DNA of 64,000 nt. Origin: Acholeplasma sp. CAG:878 (GTDB taxonomy: Bacteria; Bacillota_I; Bacilli_A; RF39; UBA660). Under the pieces are notes generated by a model. It did not search any database, had not been told where the DNA came from, and saw only the letters and a program-made list of their open reading frames with translations. Below are positions 30,502 through 38,926 of the stretch, one piece after another. Location: NCBI GenBank assembly GCA_000432255.1, contig HF989928.1, positions 17,260-81,259 on the forward strand, read 5' to 3'. Both the position numbers and the translations under genes were made by a program. Position 1 is the stretch's first letter; every line of letters starts with the position of its first letter.

Positions 30502-31815
30502 CTACTTCACTCCTTCAACACAAATTGCTTCTGTTTTTTCATTATCATTTATTATTATTTTATATTTGACTCTTTTGCCCTTTTGTAATAATTGTTTATT
30601 ACCAATAACACTACGCATATTAAAATATATATTATCTTCATTATTATCTTGCTTTATAAATCCCGAATATCCATTTTTCAATATCTTATCTATTTCACCA
30701 AATAAATATTCATTATCATTTTGTTCAATATATTCTCTTGCTATAGATTTTAATTGATACATATTTGGTTTTTTGGTAACATCTAAATCATATTCAGATA
30801 TATAATATTGTAATTCCTCTGATAAATTCCAACCCATTAAATTTCTAAAATAAGCACACGCTTGATAATATTTTATGGCATTATCTTTTTTACCCTGCGA
30901 TTCCCAACATAATCCCAAGTTATGCAATAAGGTCACTTTTGTTTCATCAATTAATTCATTCTGAATAGCTTTGCAATTATACAATAAACTCTCTTCAAAC
31001 TTCCCAAAGCTATAGCAAATATTTGCAAGTTTATGCCATAAAAACCAGTAATTTTCTTTTTCTGCAAATTTTTTATAATTTTGAAAATCAATTTCTCTAT
31101 TACTAGAAATCATACACTTTGAATATAGTATTCTACCTGTAATCCAAATTTTATTTTTATAATGAAATTTTTTAATTATTTCTAACGCTTCTTCACCAAT
31201 TAAAATACATTTTTCATATTGTCCTATTTTTTCATATGACTTAACCATATTTTGATAATAAAATTCCTTGGACGATGCTTGTTCAAACTCGTCTTCTCCT
31301 ATTTTTGTTGTAAAACATTCCTCAGATAATATTGTTGGATTAAGCTTTTCTAACCATTGCACAATCTTTTCTTGATTACTTCTAGATGTTAGTGAAGATG
31401 GTTTATTGTTATACACTTTTACAACTTTTTTGATAGTCAAAACATATGGTGTAAGAATTTCATTAGTTCCTTCTCTTTGTACAGAATGTTTAATAATTAA
31501 TTCAGCCATTTTTATGAATTCTTCAAAGTTAGACTCATCATTATCTATATAATCTTTAATATATATGTCATATACACACCAACATAAAACCGATATTACA
31601 TAACTGTTTTTTCTTATATATGAATCTTTAGGAATTTTAGAAAACTCACTTAAAAAAATATCTGATTTATTACATTTACGCAATGAATTACCATACTCTG
31701 CAAAAAGATTATGATCATCCTTATTAGAAGAATTCCATATTTTTTTATATAATACTAACGCATCATCAAAATTTTTATTATTATAAAATTCTTTTGCTTG
31801 ATTCCTTTCGTTCAT
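30502..31815 (-). CDS. TPR-like repeat protein with C-terminal cold-shock/OB-like domain
   Basis: Helical repeat body. C-terminus GEIDKILKNGYSGFIKQDNNEDNIYFNMRSVIGNKQLLQKGKRVKYKIIINDNEKTEAICVEGV fits the CSD pattern G.V...G.GFI...DIF.H...V....L..G..V.F. Its stop lies 2 nt before the rnlA-like ATG, with the RBS GAAGGAG inside its last codons. Confidence 0.6.
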   Translation of the reverse strand: MNERNQAKEFYNNKNFDDALVLYKKIWNSSNKDDHNLFAEYGNSLRKCNKSDIFLSEFSKIPKDSYIRKNSYVISVLCWCVYDIYIKDYIDNDESNFEEFIKMAELIIKHSVQREGTNEILTPYVLTIKKVVKVYNNKPSSLTSRSNQEKIVQWLEKLNPTILSEECFTTKIGEDEFEQASSKEFYYQNMVKSYEKIGQYEKCILIGEEALEIIKKFHYKNKIWITGRILYSKCMISSNREIDFQNYKKFAEKENYWFLWHKLANICYSFGKFEESLLYNCKAIQNELIDETKVTLLHNLGLCWESQGKKDNAIKYYQACAYFRNLMGWNLSEELQYYISEYDLDVTKKPNMYQLKSIAREYIEQNDNEYLFGEIDKILKNGYSGFIKQDNNEDNIYFNMRSVIGNKQLLQKGKRVKYKIIINDNEKTEAICVEGVK

Positions 31816-31907
31816 AATATCAGTCCCCCACAACAACTTAATATAAGTATAACATATATCTTGCTAATTTTAATTTTTTATAGAAAATACACATCAAAAA
31901 TTTTATT

Positions 31908-32828
31908 TTACAGTTCTTTAGGACAATTTGGTTTATAATTAACATCATTAAATCCATAAACTTTTTTACAATCATTACAAATGATAGCAATAAAATCTAA
32001 ACCATTAATATTGTGTCCTTCACCTTTTTCTATAACTATATTATCTCCTTTACATATAGGACAATATTTATAATCCTTTTGACTGCATGCATCTCTAACT
32101 ATTTCATAACCATTATGAAAATCGTATTTGGGAATAAATTCTCCTGTATCAACACTTTTAATTCTTCCAAACATAAACTCTAACTTATCCACAGTTTTTT
32201 CCAAATGATAATGTCCACAATACCATTTATCATAATCTAATCTTTGCTCTACTTCATTTAGAAAATACTCCATAGATTTATCTACTGCTATTTGTGGTAA
32301 ACTTAATTTAAAACTTTCTTTGGGTTCATATTTTAATGGACAAGTATGAGACAAAATTATATCAACATGTTTTCCTGAATACTTGTCTAATATATCTAAT
32401 CTTTCTTGTTCAGTTAATTGTTCATCTTTAAACCAAGGATATCCTTTACTTATCCTATAATCTTTATCAATAGAATAAGCACCACCTATTACTAAAATAC
32501 TTTTACCATCGATATTATAAAGTTCTCCATTTTTAGCAAATATTAAATTAGGATATTCATCTTCTACAAATACTTTACCACCAAACATTTCTACTTCATG
32601 ATAACTTGAAATGTTTTCTGGTCTTTCTTCATGATTACCTTGAATACAGAAAAATTTAAAATTATATCGTTTTAATCTTTTCTTTAACTTTTTATCATAT
32701 TCGTCTAAATAATAATTAATACCCACATAGCCTAAGATAATCATGATATCATCTTCATTTAATCCTAAATGACCGAATCTATAAAAATCTCCGTGAGTAT
32801 CACCAGTTATATATAACATTCTTTTCAC
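31908..32828 (-). CDS. Metallophosphoesterase (calcineurin-like) with C-terminal double CxxC zinc ribbon
   Basis: LYITGDTHGDF, QGNHE, ILSHTCP, CGHYH. C-terminal CPICKGD...CNDCKK. Confidence 0.8.
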   Translation of the reverse strand: MKRMLYITGDTHGDFYRFGHLGLNEDDIMIILGYVGINYYLDEYDKKLKKRLKRYNFKFFCIQGNHEERPENISSYHEVEMFGGKVFVEDEYPNLIFAKNGELYNIDGKSILVIGGAYSIDKDYRISKGYPWFKDEQLTEQERLDILDKYSGKHVDIILSHTCPLKYEPKESFKLSLPQIAVDKSMEYFLNEVEQRLDYDKWYCGHYHLEKTVDKLEFMFGRIKSVDTGEFIPKYDFHNGYEIVRDACSQKDYKYCPICKGDNIVIEKGEGHNINGLDFIAIICNDCKKVYGFNDVNYKPNCPKEL

Positions 32829-32919
32829 CTCTCATTTTTAAAGTAATTTGATATATCTATTATACCATCATATCCAGTAAAATAAGAAGCTTATTAAAGT
32901 TATACACTATGCCTAGAAT

Positions 32920-32947
32920 TAACCACATAATACGCGTCCTCGCCTCC
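32920..32947. other. attR: element-side arm TAACCACATAA (32920-32930) plus core CCTCC (32943-32947)
   Basis: See attL. The arms are a 10/11 inverted repeat, 26 nt apart once the ends are joined. Confidence 0.75.
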
Positions 32948-33202
32948 TGCATTTATGTGATTAGATATCACTATAACATCTTTATCATTTCCAAAAGCAT
33001 CTAATATTCTATTAACTCTATCAGTAGGATTAACCGTTTCATCACTATTTCTAGTTAGTTTAACAGGTATCCCTAGTTCCCTAAACCTATCATACATGTA
33101 TTCAGATATAGCCAAAGTCATGTTTTTTTCAGTAATTCCATTACCTAATGCACCCGAATCTTCCCCACCATGACCAGCGTCTATTACAATCTTTCTATTC
33201 AT
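32943..33202 (-). pseudogene. N-terminal 86 codons of the same Amidase_3 gene (the ORF continues 14 codons into the element before TAA at 32900)
   Basis: MNRKIVIDAGHGGEDSGALGNGITEKNMTLAISEYMYDRFRELGIPVKLTRNSDETV...VISNHINAGG, then unrelated EDAYYVVNSRHSV*. RBS AGGTGA precedes the ATG at 33202. No signal peptide. Confidence 0.9.
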
Positions 33203-33281
33203 TATAATCACCTATAATAATGTATGAAAAAAAGAAAAATAAGTTAATACAAAAAAACAGGCAACAAAATACCCGTTTTAA

Positions 33282-34049
33282 TTAACCTCTAATTTTATGA
33301 AAATCTAGCCTTAATTTATCAGCAACTGTAACCAAAAACTCTGAATTTGTAGGCTTTGCCTTATCAATATCAACACTATGTCCAAAAATTTCTTCCATGT
33401 AGTGCCAATTACCACGATTCCAGCTAACTTCTATAGCATGTCTTATAGCCCTTTCAACTCTAGAAACAGTTGTCTTATACTTTTCCGCTAATTCCGGATA
33501 CAATTCTTTAGTTATACCACCAATTATATCGGGATTTTCAAATATTATAGCAACTCCTTCTCTTATAAACTGATATCCTTTTATATGAGATGGTATACCT
33601 AATTCATGCAACATTTTAGTAATCGCAACTTGCAAATTAGAATTATAAAAGTCTATATTTTTATTATTATCCTTAACTTTCATACATTCTTTAATTCTTT
33701 TTGCCAAATCAACCAACTCAAAAGGCTTCAATATAAAATAACTTACTCCGTACTCCGAAACTTCTCTTATTACTTCACTAGCATTATAACTAGTTGCAAC
33801 GATAACTTTCTTATCGATACCATTTTCACGCATTTTTTCTAAAATATAAATACCATCTTTTTTAGGCATAATAAGGTCTAACACAATAACATCATACTCA
33901 TTTATTTTATTAGTTATTACTTCAAATCCTTCTAATCCATCATAGGCACTTAAAACGATATCAATCTCGTCATTATCCTTAAAATATTCTTTTACAGCAT
34001 CAACCAATTTGACATTATCGTCAATCATCAAAACTTTGATTTTTTGCAT
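33282..34049 (-). CDS. spo0A: Sporulation master regulator Spo0A
   Basis: Receiver domain (VLMIDDN..VLDLIMPKKDG) plus the Spo0A-specific C-terminus TTVSRVERAIRHAIEVSWNRGN. Confidence 0.95.
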   Translation of the reverse strand: MQKIKVLMIDDNVKLVDAVKEYFKDNDEIDIVLSAYDGLEGFEVITNKINEYDVIVLDLIMPKKDGIYILEKMRENGIDKKVIVATSYNASEVIREVSEYGVSYFILKPFELVDLAKRIKECMKVKDNNKNIDFYNSNLQVAITKMLHELGIPSHIKGYQFIREGVAIIFENPDIIGGITKELYPELAEKYKTTVSRVERAIRHAIEVSWNRGNWHYMEEIFGHSVDIDKAKPTNSEFLVTVADKLRLDFHKIRG

Positions 34050-34116
34050 AACTATCTCCTTCTATTGTACTGCTAGAATTATTATATAACATTATTGAAT
34101 TTTTGCATAGAGTAAG

Positions 34117-34145
34117 ATTTATCTAGTTATGTCATATTGTGTCAA
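34117..34145 (-). promoter_or_regulatory. Candidate sigma-A promoter upstream of spo0A
   Basis: Minus strand TTGACA-17 nt-ATAAAT. A near-0A-box ATCGACA lies just upstream (about 34166-34172). Confidence 0.4.
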
Positions 34146-34148
34146 GTA

Positions 34149-34808
34149 TTAACATTTATTGTCGATTACAATTTTAATTAAATCTTTTAATTTTTCAGGA
34201 ACAACAGCACTTCTACTAACAAGCAGACCATCGCATAATTTTACAATATCATTAATATTATTTATATTAACATTCCCACCATATAACACTTTATTTATAC
34301 CTTGTTCTTTGATAAAACTAATTGTTTCATCAAGCATTTTTAAATCTAGTTCTTTAACTTCAAGTGGTTCGAAAGCAACTATTACATCACTTCGATTAAT
34401 TCCTTTTAAACATTCATCTATTTGCTTTAACAATTCATTTTTCAAAAAATTATCGCCAATACATAAAATAGGTATTAAATTATTTTTTAAGCAACTTTTA
34501 ATTTTTTTATTTATAATTTCATTTGTTTCATTAAATAATTTTCGTCTTTCGCTATGACCTACAATAGCATATTCTAATCCTATACTTTTAGCAAGAAAAG
34601 AAGATACTTCTCCCGTGTAAGCACCAACATCTTCATAAAATATATTTTGAATACCAACCTTGTATCCTTTATTTAAAAAATAAGAAATATAAATATTAGA
34701 AGGACAAATAACAACTTTAGGATTTTTTACATCATCTAATTCTTTAACAAATTTTAAAGTTTCATGGAAATCCATATACATTTTTAAATTAGCTACTAAA
34801 AGTTTCAT
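34149..34808 (-). CDS. tpiA: Triosephosphate isomerase, short divergent form (219 aa)
   Basis: VANLKMY (Asn/Lys), AIVGHSERR (His), AFEP (Glu), YGGNVN. ATGA overlap with pgk. The loop-6 WAIGTG motif is not visible. Confidence 0.75.
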   Translation of the reverse strand: MKLLVANLKMYMDFHETLKFVKELDDVKNPKVVICPSNIYISYFLNKGYKVGIQNIFYEDVGAYTGEVSSFLAKSIGLEYAIVGHSERRKLFNETNEIINKKIKSCLKNNLIPILCIGDNFLKNELLKQIDECLKGINRSDVIVAFEPLEVKELDLKMLDETISFIKEQGINKVLYGGNVNINNINDIVKLCDGLLVSRSAVVPEKLKDLIKIVIDNKC

Positions 34809-35965
34809 TTAATTGCCTTCAATCCAACTAGTTTCTTACCTTCAAGTAAAACTAAAGTTGCCCCACCACCGGTTGAAATATGACTAAAAGCGGAAGTATA
34901 ACCAAATTCATTGATAGCAGCTGCTGTATCCCCACCACCAGCTATTTTTAAAGCGTCAATTTTACTTAATATTTCACACAACTTCCTAGTTCCATTACTA
35001 AATTGTTTTACTTCAAACATTCCAACTGGTCCATTCCATATAATTGTTTTGCTTTCTAAAAGATACTGTTTAAATAATTTAATCGTTCTAGAACCAATAT
35101 CAAAGCCCATTTCATCTTCTTTTATTTCATTAATAAAACATTCTATTCCTTCATCATTTTTAGTTTTTGCTTTAATTACATCAATTGGCAATATAATTTT
35201 TTCAGGATATTCATCCAAAATTCTTTTACAAAATTCTATGTTATCATTATCAACTAACGATGAACCAACACTAAAGCCAAAGGCTTTAATAAATGTAAAA
35301 GCCATCCCACCACCTATTAAAATATAATCAGCTTTTTTTACTAAATTTTCAATTACACCTATTTTATCACTCACCTTAGCCCCACCAAGTATAACAACAA
35401 AAGGTCTTTTAGGTTTTTTTAAAGCATTGTTGATTGTTTTTAATTCATTTTCCATCAAAAATCCAATTCCTGATTCTATATTACTAGATATTCCTAAATT
35501 GGAAGCATGTGCTCTATGTGAAGTTCCAAATGCATCATTGATAAATAAATCACCTAAAGAAGCCCAATATTTCCCAAGTTCATAATCGTTATTACTTTCC
35601 AATTTACCATTTAAATCCTCAAATCTAGTATTTTCCATTAAAACTATTTTATTTTCTTTTATGGCCTTTTCTAGTTTACCTCCTCTAGTAAAAGGAACAA
35701 AAGTAACTTTTTCGTTAATTAATTCTTCTATTCTTTTAGCTACCGGTCTAAGTGTATACTTTACTTTATCACTTTCTTCTTTCACTTTTCCAAGGTGACT
35801 CATTATAACTACATTAGCACCATTCGTAATAGCATATTCTATTGTTTTAATGCTTTGTTTTATTCTAAAATCATCCATTATTTTTCCATTTTCAATTGGT
35901 ACATTTAAATCTGCTCTTATGATTACAGTTTTTCCTTTTAAATCAAAATCTTTAATTGTTTTCAT
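34805..35965 (-). CDS. pgk: Phosphoglycerate kinase
   Basis: MKTIKDFDLKGKTVIIRADLNVP, FGTSHRAHASN, STGGGATL. ATG at 35965 follows AAGAGG. Confidence 0.95.
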   Translation of the reverse strand: MKTIKDFDLKGKTVIIRADLNVPIENGKIMDDFRIKQSIKTIEYAITNGANVVIMSHLGKVKEESDKVKYTLRPVAKRIEELINEKVTFVPFTRGGKLEKAIKENKIVLMENTRFEDLNGKLESNNDYELGKYWASLGDLFINDAFGTSHRAHASNLGISSNIESGIGFLMENELKTINNALKKPKRPFVVILGGAKVSDKIGVIENLVKKADYILIGGGMAFTFIKAFGFSVGSSLVDNDNIEFCKRILDEYPEKIILPIDVIKAKTKNDEGIECFINEIKEDEMGFDIGSRTIKLFKQYLLESKTIIWNGPVGMFEVKQFSNGTRKLCEILSKIDALKIAGGGDTAAAINEFGYTSAFSHISTGGGATLVLLEGKKLVGLKAIK

Positions 35966-36117
35966 AAATACCTCTTTTCTTAATATTATTATAACATTTT
36001 TATCAATAATTATTTGGTTTATTAAACTTTGTTGTCTTTTGGTTGTCATTTTTTAAAAAACAATTTTAATTATTGTAATTTTTAAATTAATAATATATAA
36101 TGTTCTTGGTGATTTCG

Positions 36118-36822
36118 ATGGAAAGATTACAAAAAGTTATAGCAAACAGCGGTTATTGTTCTAGAAGAAAAGCAGAAGAATTAATTAAAAATGGAAAAGT
36201 AATGGTTAATGGAAAAAAAATAGAAGAATTAGGTTTTAAAGTTGATGGAAATGATATTATAACTGTTGAAAATAAAATTTTAAAAAAAGAAAATAAGGAA
36301 TATATTTTACTTTACAAGCCAAGAGGTGTTGTTACAACTACTAGTGATGAAAAAGGAAGAAAAACAGTATTAGATTTAATAGAAACAAACAAAAGATTAT
36401 ACCCTGTTGGAAGATTAGATTATGATACATCAGGGTTATTATTGCTAACTAATGATGGTGAATTAACAAACATACTAATTCATCCAAAAAATGAAATAGA
36501 TAAAGTGTATATTGCAAAAATAAATGGAATTATGAATGGTTTTGAAATTAAAACACTAGAAAAAGGTGTTTTAATAGATGGTAAGAAAACCGCACCTTGT
36601 AAAGTAAAAGTTAGAAAAAAAGAAAAAGATTCTTCAATTATAGAATTAACTATTCACGAAGGAAAAAACCATCAAGTGAAAAAAATGTTTGAAACAATTG
36701 GATTTAAAGTTTTAAAACTAAAAAGAGAAAAATTGGCATTTTTAAATTTATCAGGTCTAAAACCTGGAGAATACCGTTATTTATCGATTAAAGAAGTTAA
36801 AATGTTATACAGTTTAAAATAA
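36118..36822 (+). CDS. rluB: RsuA/RluB-family pseudouridine synthase (S4 domain + catalytic domain)
   Basis: MERLQKVIANSGYCSRRKAEELI (S4 domain). GRLDYDTSGLLLLTNDGEL. Confidence 0.9.
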   Translation: MERLQKVIANSGYCSRRKAEELIKNGKVMVNGKKIEELGFKVDGNDIITVENKILKKENKEYILLYKPRGVVTTTSDEKGRKTVLDLIETNKRLYPVGRLDYDTSGLLLLTNDGELTNILIHPKNEIDKVYIAKINGIMNGFEIKTLEKGVLIDGKKTAPCKVKVRKKEKDSSIIELTIHEGKNHQVKKMFETIGFKVLKLKREKLAFLNLSGLKPGEYRYLSIKEVKMLYSLK

Positions 36823-36841
36823 AAGTTGAAATAAATTTATT

Positions 36842-37891
36842 TCAACTTTTATACACTCTTGCGACTCTTTTAGAAACACCACATATAAGTTCATAAGGAA
36901 TTGTGTTTAAATAATTACTCAAATATTTAATATGTTCTATATCTTTATAAATATAGACCTTAGAATGCAAATTAACAGAATCGTCTATTTTAACCATTAA
37001 CATATCCATACATATAGTACCAATTATTTGGTATTTTTTATTATTAATATAAACATATGAACCAGTCATTTTTCTATTTATTCCATCAGCATAACCAATT
37101 GATACAATACCAATTTTAATGTCACTGTCAGCTTTATATGTACCATTATAACTTACAATTTCACCCTTTTTAACTGTTTTTATTTCAATTATTTCACTTA
37201 TCAAACTAAAGGTATTAGAAAAATCTAGATTGCCAGTAAGTCCATACATAATAATACCTAATCTACAACCATTACAAAAAGGAATTTTTGGATAATTAAT
37301 TAATGTATCACTTTGCGCGATGTGAACAATTGGTATTTTACTTAAATCAATATCCTTAGTAATTTCTATAAATTTATCAATTTGTTTTTTTGTGTTTTCT
37401 TTATTTGAACCCTCATAAATATGTGTAAAAATACCTTTTAAATTTAAATTACTATTTTTAATTTCGTTAATTATTTGATTAAATTCATCTTTTTCTTTAA
37501 TTCCTAATCTATTCATTCCAGTATCTATCTTTAAATGAATATTCAAATTATAATTTTTAATTTTATTAAAATAATCATAATTAGTTACTGTTACATCAAT
37601 ATTATTTTTTTCACAAATTTTCAAGTATTTTTCATTTATTATACCTAAACATAAGATAGGAATATTGAATTTTTTTCTTATTACTAAAGCTTCATCTAAT
37701 GATGATACTGCTAAATAATTACACCCACCATCAATAATTGATTTTACAACTCTTAATCCATAATGACCATAAGAATCTGCTTTAACAACACCTATATAAT
37801 ATTTATAATCATTATATTTATTAATTACCTTTTTTATATTGTTACTTATATTAGTTAAATTAATACAAGCATAAGTATTTCTATAAGACAT
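36842..37891 (-). CDS. alr: Alanine racemase
   Basis: GVVKADSYGHYG PLP-lysine motif. 349 aa. Confidence 0.9.
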   Translation of the reverse strand: MSYRNTYACINLTNISNNIKKVINKYNDYKYYIGVVKADSYGHYGLRVVKSIIDGGCNYLAVSSLDEALVIRKKFNIPILCLGIINEKYLKICEKNNIDVTVTNYDYFNKIKNYNLNIHLKIDTGMNRLGIKEKDEFNQIINEIKNSNLNLKGIFTHIYEGSNKENTKKQIDKFIEITKDIDLSKIPIVHIAQSDTLINYPKIPFCNGCRLGIIMYGLTGNLDFSNTFSLISEIIEIKTVKKGEIVSYNGTYKADSDIKIGIVSIGYADGINRKMTGSYVYINNKKYQIIGTICMDMLMVKIDDSVNLHSKVYIYKDIEHIKYLSNYLNTIPYELICGVSKRVARVYKS

Positions 37892-37940
37892 AATCTCACC
37901 ACTTTAATTATATTCAAAAACAAACAAAAAAACCAAATTA

Positions 37941-38132
37941 TTAGTTTTCTTCTACTTCTATAGCTTCAGTAGGACAATTCTCTGCAGCGTCGCGTACATC
38001 ATCATATAGATTTTTTTCTATATCTTCCTTTATAACACGAGCAACTCCATCTTCTAAATCAAACACCTCATCACAAATTGCTTGGCAACTTCCGCAACCA
38101 ATACATCTATCTTCTATAACTTTAGCTTTCAT
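37941..38132 (-). CDS. 4Fe-4S ferredoxin
   Basis: CIGCGSCQAIC...CPTEAI. 63 aa. Confidence 0.9.
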   Translation of the reverse strand: MKAKVIEDRCIGCGSCQAICDEVFDLEDGVARVIKEDIEKNLYDDVRDAAENCPTEAIEVEEN

Positions 38133-38242
38133 ACTATTCCTCCTCGTAAATAATTATAGATAATTTATAATAAAAATGCAAGTAATTATTTGAAAAAAAT
38201 GTAAAGTGTGGTATTATTATTATATAACATTGGGGTGAGATA

Positions 38243-38926
38243 ATGCCAAGTAGAATGGAAAGATATTATCAAGCAGATGAGCGAATTCAAAAAAGAAGTA
38301 ATAAAAATAAAAGTTTATACGATTCTTTATATGAAGGAGCAGAATATTCAAATGTTGAAGGAATTTCAATAATTGAAAAAAATGAAAGCGTTGATATAGA
38401 AAAAATAAAAGAACTTTTAAATTATGACAAAAAAAAGGAAGAACAAAAACCACAAACACCAGCTAGAGTTTATGAAGAACCTAAAATTGTTGAAGAAAAA
38501 AACTATGATTTAAAAGATTTTTTGGCTCAAGCAAAACAAGATAGACCAGAAAAAAAAGAATTAGCAAATACTCAATACAACATTTTAAAAAATATCGATT
38601 TAACTAAAAATTACAATGAAAAAGCAACTGAAGATGAACTAAAAAAAATGATTGAATCAATCACTTCTAATAATCAAACTGGTGATTTATTTGATGATTT
38701 AAAAACAATTCATAGTCCAAATTTAAAAGAAGAAGTTGAGGAAGAAATGGATAAATCGTTATTTACTTCAAGTTTAGGGTTTACTTCAAAAGATTTTGAA
38801 GATTTAAACGACATAAAACACGAAGTTAAGAAAAACGGAATATTAGTTAAAATACTTTTGTTTGTATTTTTAGTTATTATTGTTACATCATGTATATTTT
38901 TGGGCTATAGTTTTTTTAACAAATAG
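38243..38926 (+). CDS. Hypothetical Lys/Glu-rich protein with C-terminal transmembrane anchor
   Basis: MPSRMERYYQ N-terminus. C-terminal ILVKILLFVFLVIIVTSCIFLGYSFF. Confidence 0.6.
   Translation: MPSRMERYYQADERIQKRSNKNKSLYDSLYEGAEYSNVEGISIIEKNESVDIEKIKELLNYDKKKEEQKPQTPARVYEEPKIVEEKNYDLKDFLAQAKQDRPEKKELANTQYNILKNIDLTKNYNEKATEDELKKMIESITSNNQTGDLFDDLKTIHSPNLKEEVEEEMDKSLFTSSLGFTSKDFEDLNDIKHEVKKNGILVKILLFVFLVIIVTSCIFLGYSFFNK

Larger units (their letters stand above)
14939..32942. mobile_element. About 18.0-kb large-serine-recombinase integrative element (gene-intervening element) carrying defence cargo
   Basis: Bounded by the two halves of one amidase gene. LSR gene lies at the left end. Reconstructed attP is TAACCACATAA-N26-TTATGTGATTA with the shared core at the dyad. 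No capsid, tail, terminase or conjugation genes. Confidence 0.85.

Noticed and set aside
14939-32942. Interpretation of the insertion as a prophage (SPbeta/skin-like).
   Set aside because: No capsid, portal, terminase, tail, holin or endolysin genes are present. All recognisable cargo is defence, toxin-antitoxin or regulatory.
33216-33246. Sigma-K-like promoter (AC-N16-CATACATTA) upstream of the amidase N-terminal fragment, which would fit mother-cell expression.
   Set aside because: The -10 element ends only 15 nt before the ATG, so the predicted start site would fall inside the RBS. Such loose matches are also expected by chance in DNA this AT-rich.
34159-36056. Antisense ORFs within tpiA/pgk (34159..34557, 34911..35327, 35850..36056). 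The same applies to 10850..11098, 20711..20896, 21389..21622, 25352..25585, 29515..29772, 30401..30757, 33606..33842, 40467..40682, 42761..42961, 44308..44562, 45854..46201, 49845..50198, 51183..51419, 55173..55430, 56262..56453, 56826..57074, 57566..57769, 60088..60291 and 63477..63842.
   Set aside because: Each lies opposite a strongly supported conserved gene, has no RBS, and has the biased Ser/Leu/Phe/Ile composition typical of reverse-frame translation of AT-rich coding DNA.
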